From: an uncultured Saprospiraceae bacterium
Lineage (GTDB): Bacteria > Bacteroidota > Bacteroidia > Chitinophagales > Saprospiraceae
Reading direction: 5' to 3'
Length of the DNA stretch: 51,569 nt
Assembly (NCBI GenBank): GCA_937872405.1
Contig: CALMSP010000112.1
Span: 1 to 51,569 of the forward strand
Below the pieces are notes generated by a model. The model searched no databases. It was not told where the DNA came from and was given only the letters and a program-made list of their open reading frames with translations. Both the position numbers and the translations under genes were made by a program. Shown piece after piece: positions 47,894 through 51,569 of the stretch. Within the stretch, counting starts at the first letter, position 1, and every line of letters begins with the position of its first letter.

Positions 47894-48233
47894 AGTATGA
47901 ACTATTTTAGGGTTTTAGCAATAGGTGACCACTGCATACGCGCAGGAAGTACCCTGGCGTTGTGCGATGTATGCAGTCTTATCTCTTTGGAAATAGAAAA
48001 GGTAGGCAGAAATTTACCTCAGTAAGCAACATAAAAGTAATACATCTTACCCGACGTACCAAATTTTTAACTCGTTAGTTATCAACATTTTACATTTTTA
48101 TATTGATAATTTAAGAAAAATCAAATACTTGTTATTTAAAGCACTGTGAAACAATTATTTATAAATTTGCAAAACATGTTTGAATATTGGAAGTGCGTCC
48201 AATCAGTTCATGTGGACAAATAACCAACGACGT

Positions 48234-49901
48234 ATGAAAAAAGTAACAATGTATCTGGTTTATGTTTGGCTATTGACAATAGTAGCCATGGCGCCAGCGT
48301 GCCAATCCGAGCCAACGGTTTGCGATTTTGTCATTCGCAATGCCATGATCTATGATGGCTCTGGCGAGCCGCCCTTCCTTGGCGATCTTGCCGTCAACTC
48401 AGATACCATTGTGGCTGTGGGCAAGCTCAAACGGTACATTGGGCAAGAGGAACTCGATGCACAGGGTTTGGCTTTAAGCCCTGGTTTTATAAATGTGCTC
48501 AGTTGGGCAACCAATTTGGCGAAAGACGGCAGGGGTATGAGCGACATCAAACAGGGGGTCACGCTGGAAGTGCTTGGAGAGGGTAGCTCGCTTGGGCCTT
48601 TCCGCGAACCCACAATCACCGAAGATGGCGCCCAACTTCGCACCTTTGCTGAGCATTTTGAATATTTAGAAAGAAAAGGCATCACACCTAATATTGCCTC
48701 GTTTGTAGGCGCTACCACCATTCGCGTGCATGAATTGGGTTATGCCGATCGCGCACCAAGCCCAGAAGAATTGGATCGGATGACGATGCTGGTACGCCAA
48801 GCCATGCAGGAAGGCGCGCTGGGGATTGGTTCTTCGCTCATCTATGCTCCTGCATTTTATGCTGATACAGAGGAACTTATTGAGCTGTGCAAAGTAGCGG
48901 GCGAGTATGGTGGTATGTACATTACGCACATGCGCAGTGAAGGCAATCGCATCGAAGAAGCGGTAGAGGAAGTGATCCGCATTGCCCGAGAAGCAAAGTT
49001 GCCAGCAGAAATTTATCATTTAAAATTTGCCGGACGCGCCAACTGGTCGAAAATTGATCAGGTGCTGGCTACCATCAATCGCGCACAAGAGGCAGGGCTT
49101 CATATTACAACCGATATGTATTTGTACACTGCTGGTTCTACGGGTTTGGATGCTGCTATGCCACCCTGGGTGCAGGAAGGCGGCTATGCGGCCTGGGTAG
49201 CACGTCTGAAGAATACTGCGATTCGACAGAAGGTCATTGAAGCAATGAAAACGGATGCACAGGATTGGGAAAATCTATATGCTTTGGCTGGAGCAGAACG
49301 TGTATTGTTGGTAGGTTTTGACAATGAAACCCTGCGCGAGCAATACACTGGCAAGACCTTGGCAGAGGTGGCCCAGCAGCGGGGGCAATCGCCAGAAGAA
49401 GCCGCCATTGATTTGGTTATTGAAGATGGTAGCCGGGTGCAAGTCGTGTATTTCCTGATGTCAGAAGATAATATAAAACGCCAAATCCAGTTACCATATA
49501 TGAGTTTTGGTTCAGATGCCGGCGCACCGGCCGCAGAAGGAGATGCGCTCAAATCCAGTACACACCCACGAACATACGGCAACTTCGCACGCCTGCTGGG
49601 CAAATACGTACGCGAAGAGCAAGTAATATCGCTATCGGAAGCTATTTATAAATTGACGCATCTCTCCGCCCAAAAGTTAAAACTCACCAAACGGGGGCTG
49701 CTGCGCCCTGGCTACTTCGCTGATTTGGTCATTTTTGATCCTGCCACCATTCAAGACCATGCCACCTACGAACGCCCACATCAATACGCCACCGGCGTAG
49801 CGCATGTGTTTGTGAATGGTGTACAAGTACTGCGCAATGGCGAGCATACAGGTGCTATGCCGGGGCGTTTTCTGCGCGGGCCAGGCTATGCTCCCCAATA
49901 G
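48234..49901 (+). CDS. amidohydrolase, N-acyl-D-amino-acid deacylase (D-aminoacylase) family
   Basis: I moved the start to the ATG at 48234 (MKKVTMYLVYVWLLTIVAMAPACQS). The N-terminus IRNAMIYDGSGEPPFLGDLAV...PGFINVLSW...QGVTLEVLGEGSS parallels D-aminoacylases, as do HMRSEG and SFGSDAG. Canonical HxH and NCG are replaced (see rejected notes). Confidence 0.75.
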   Translation: MKKVTMYLVYVWLLTIVAMAPACQSEPTVCDFVIRNAMIYDGSGEPPFLGDLAVNSDTIVAVGKLKRYIGQEELDAQGLALSPGFINVLSWATNLAKDGRGMSDIKQGVTLEVLGEGSSLGPFREPTITEDGAQLRTFAEHFEYLERKGITPNIASFVGATTIRVHELGYADRAPSPEELDRMTMLVRQAMQEGALGIGSSLIYAPAFYADTEELIELCKVAGEYGGMYITHMRSEGNRIEEAVEEVIRIAREAKLPAEIYHLKFAGRANWSKIDQVLATINRAQEAGLHITTDMYLYTAGSTGLDAAMPPWVQEGGYAAWVARLKNTAIRQKVIEAMKTDAQDWENLYALAGAERVLLVGFDNETLREQYTGKTLAEVAQQRGQSPEEAAIDLVIEDGSRVQVVYFLMSEDNIKRQIQLPYMSFGSDAGAPAAEGDALKSSTHPRTYGNFARLLGKYVREEQVISLSEAIYKLTHLSAQKLKLTKRGLLRPGYFADLVIFDPATIQDHATYERPHQYATGVAHVFVNGVQVLRNGEHTGAMPGRFLRGPGYAPQ

Positions 49902-49908
49902 GCAGCAA

Positions 49909-51369
49909 TCATTGCCAGCCTTCGCGGTACGTGCGTCCGACAAATTGATTAGCTTCCGCAAAATTGGTAATTTCCATGCGCGCACCGTTCCATAGGAGCT
50001 TGCGGCGGCCATAGTAGTCGTAGCCCCTACCGTTGGCACGCGCCCGGCGCAGGTTGTAGCTGCGAATGGCTAAGTTGCCCATAAGCACCGTTTCGGTGAG
50101 CGGCCCGGCGTAGTCGAACGAGGAAGTTAAAGATCGGTGCGCAGCGCTACCAAAGCCTGCTTTGCAAGCTTCTACCCAGGCAAGTTGATGCCCAAATTCC
50201 GGCAAGCGCGATGCACTTTCAGGAGCAGGCTGCATCTCCATTTTACGACCATTTTTCAGATAGAGGACAGGATTCATACCATAAATGCCACAACTGATCA
50301 CACCTTTGGCGCCAATCATTAGCACCCCATTGCTGCTGTCCGCCTCACCCAATGGTGCATCGTTCGGGATTAGTGCTGGATGGAAAGGACGAATGCCGCC
50401 GTCGCTCCAAATGAGGGTCACTTCCGACTTGTTACGTGCTGAAGGCAGAAATTTCAGCCGCACACTCGACGAGGGTGGGCACCCGTCAGGAATGTGCTCT
50501 GGTACCCAATCCTGCAGAAAAACTTGTCCGACGCTGCATTCAACTTCCGTTGGGTAGCCCAAACCTAATACCCGAAAAGCTGGATCAATCAGATGGCACC
50601 CCATATCGCCGAGTGCACCGGTACCAAAATTCCACCAGCCGCGCCATTTAAAAGGATGATAAAGAGGATGATACGCTGCCCACTGCGCTGGCCCGATCCA
50701 CAAATCCCAATCTTCGGTGCTCATCGCTTCCGGTAGCGACATGGCTTCGGTCGGCACTGGTATGCCTTGTGGCCACACGGGTCTGTCCGTCCAGACGTAC
50801 ACCTCGTTCACCTTGCCAACCAGCCCTTTGTCAAGCCAGTCCATCATCACTTTTTGGGAAGGGTTAGAAGCCCCTTGATTACCCATTTGACTGACAATGC
50901 GGTATTGGCGAGCTGCTTCGGTAAGCTGGCGCGCCTCGCGGATGTTGTGTGTAAGGGGTTTTTGCACATATACGTGCTTACCCAGCTGCATGGCTGCCAT
51001 CGCAGCTACGGCATGTGTGTGGTCAGGGGTGGAAATGGTCACCGCATCAATGGTGTCGCGCAGGTCTTCCAGCATTAGGCGAAAATCTTCATAAAACCGA
51101 GCATCCGGAAACTTTTCAATCGCAGCTTTAGCACGCACAGCGTCCACATCGCACAGCGCGACAACGTTGTTCGCACCATTATTCCAAGCATTTATAATAT
51201 CGCTGTAGCCCTTACCACCCGCACCGATGGCGGCTATGTTGAGCTTATCGCTGGGTGCCAGAAAGCCCCGCCCAAGCACATAGCGTGGCACAATGAAGAA
51301 ACTACCAGCGGCAAGTGCCCCTGTTTTAATAAAATCACGACGAGACTTTGTTTTTTTATCGGACATCAT
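49909..51369 (-). CDS. Gfo/Idh/MocA family oxidoreductase with Tat signal
   Basis: Twin-arginine leader SRRDFIKTGALAAGSFF, a Rossmann segment LNIAAIGAGGKG and HVYVQKPL, and a long C-terminal extension typical of periplasmic glycoside-oxidoreductase-like members. Confidence 0.85.
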   Translation of the reverse strand: MMSDKKTKSRRDFIKTGALAAGSFFIVPRYVLGRGFLAPSDKLNIAAIGAGGKGYSDIINAWNNGANNVVALCDVDAVRAKAAIEKFPDARFYEDFRLMLEDLRDTIDAVTISTPDHTHAVAAMAAMQLGKHVYVQKPLTHNIREARQLTEAARQYRIVSQMGNQGASNPSQKVMMDWLDKGLVGKVNEVYVWTDRPVWPQGIPVPTEAMSLPEAMSTEDWDLWIGPAQWAAYHPLYHPFKWRGWWNFGTGALGDMGCHLIDPAFRVLGLGYPTEVECSVGQVFLQDWVPEHIPDGCPPSSSVRLKFLPSARNKSEVTLIWSDGGIRPFHPALIPNDAPLGEADSSNGVLMIGAKGVISCGIYGMNPVLYLKNGRKMEMQPAPESASRLPEFGHQLAWVEACKAGFGSAAHRSLTSSFDYAGPLTETVLMGNLAIRSYNLRRARANGRGYDYYGRRKLLWNGARMEITNFAEANQFVGRTYREGWQ

Positions 51370-51381
51370 ATTGCACTACTT

Positions 51382-51569
51382 TTAGTTTAGTTTACCTAAA
51401 ATACGTTCTACAACCTTACCTACCGTAAGTCCTTGTACTACAATGGAAAACACCACTATGATATACGTAATCGTCAGCATCAAATCACGAGGCATGTTCG
51501 CGGTCAATGACAACGCCAAGGCAATAGAAATGCCGCCGCGCAGGCCGCCCCAGGTCATAATGACATTGG
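51382..51569 (-). CDS. C-terminal fragment of a cation/proton antiporter (CPA1/NhaP-like); the start lies outside the window
   Basis: The minus-strand frame open from the window edge reads NVIMTWGGLRGGISIALALSLTANMPRDLMLTITYIIVVFSIVVQGLTVGKVVERILGKLN-stop (TAA at 51382-51384). WGGLRGG(I/V)S is a typical Na+/H+ exchanger segment. Confidence 0.65.
   Translation of the reverse strand, partial: NVIMTWGGLRGGISIALALSLTANMPRDLMLTITYIIVVFSIVVQGLTVGKVVERILGKLN

Noticed and set aside
48400-48600. The D-aminoacylase-like protein lacks the canonical HxH (PGFINVLSW) and NCG (GEGS) metal-ligand motifs, suggesting a pseudoenzyme
   Set aside because: I recall a sizeable subfamily of annotated N-acyl-D-amino-acid deacylase homologs with exactly this kind of substitution (GFIxxLxxx, GEGxS). 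The downstream ligand-bearing segments (HMRSEG, YHLKF, SFGSDAG) are intact. It is probably a normal subfamily feature, not a novelty.

Overview
This 51.6-kb window looks like a Bacteroidota chromosome. It carries gldH, a T9SS C-terminal sorting domain, the TPR/DUF4292-like/M23 gene triad, grpE-dnaJ without dnaK, and TAnnTTTG-type promoter boxes. By eye it has intermediate GC content. Most of it is densely packed housekeeping and envelope genes: def, pfkA, hpt, hflX, recX, dnaJ/grpE, aldehyde dehydrogenase, SDR, an inositol-monophosphatase-like gene, an FtsX-type permease, MscS, M29 aminopeptidase, a small sugar-nucleotide/glycosyltransferase group, and one tRNA(CAT). I found no rRNA, CRISPR array, transposase or integrase.

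The parts worth a second look are:
1. A segment of about 5.7 kb (39980-45693) bracketed by 40-bp direct repeats. It appears to be inserted into the 3' end of a flavin reductase gene. It carries a 197-bp MITE-like inverted-repeat element, a 799-aa T9SS-sorted protein of unknown function with two glycine-turn amphipathic beta-hairpins, and a TPR-sensor kinase/LytTR regulator pair.
2. A 1322-aa protein with an N-terminal OM beta-barrel followed by 11 tandem Ig-like repeats of about 92 aa.
3. An AT-rich orphan gene whose product looks like a DnaQ/DEDDh exonuclease fold with degraded catalytic residues.
4. An in-frame TGA in the N-terminus of the inositol-monophosphatase-like gene.

All functional calls come from motif recognition by eye. 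No database searches were run.
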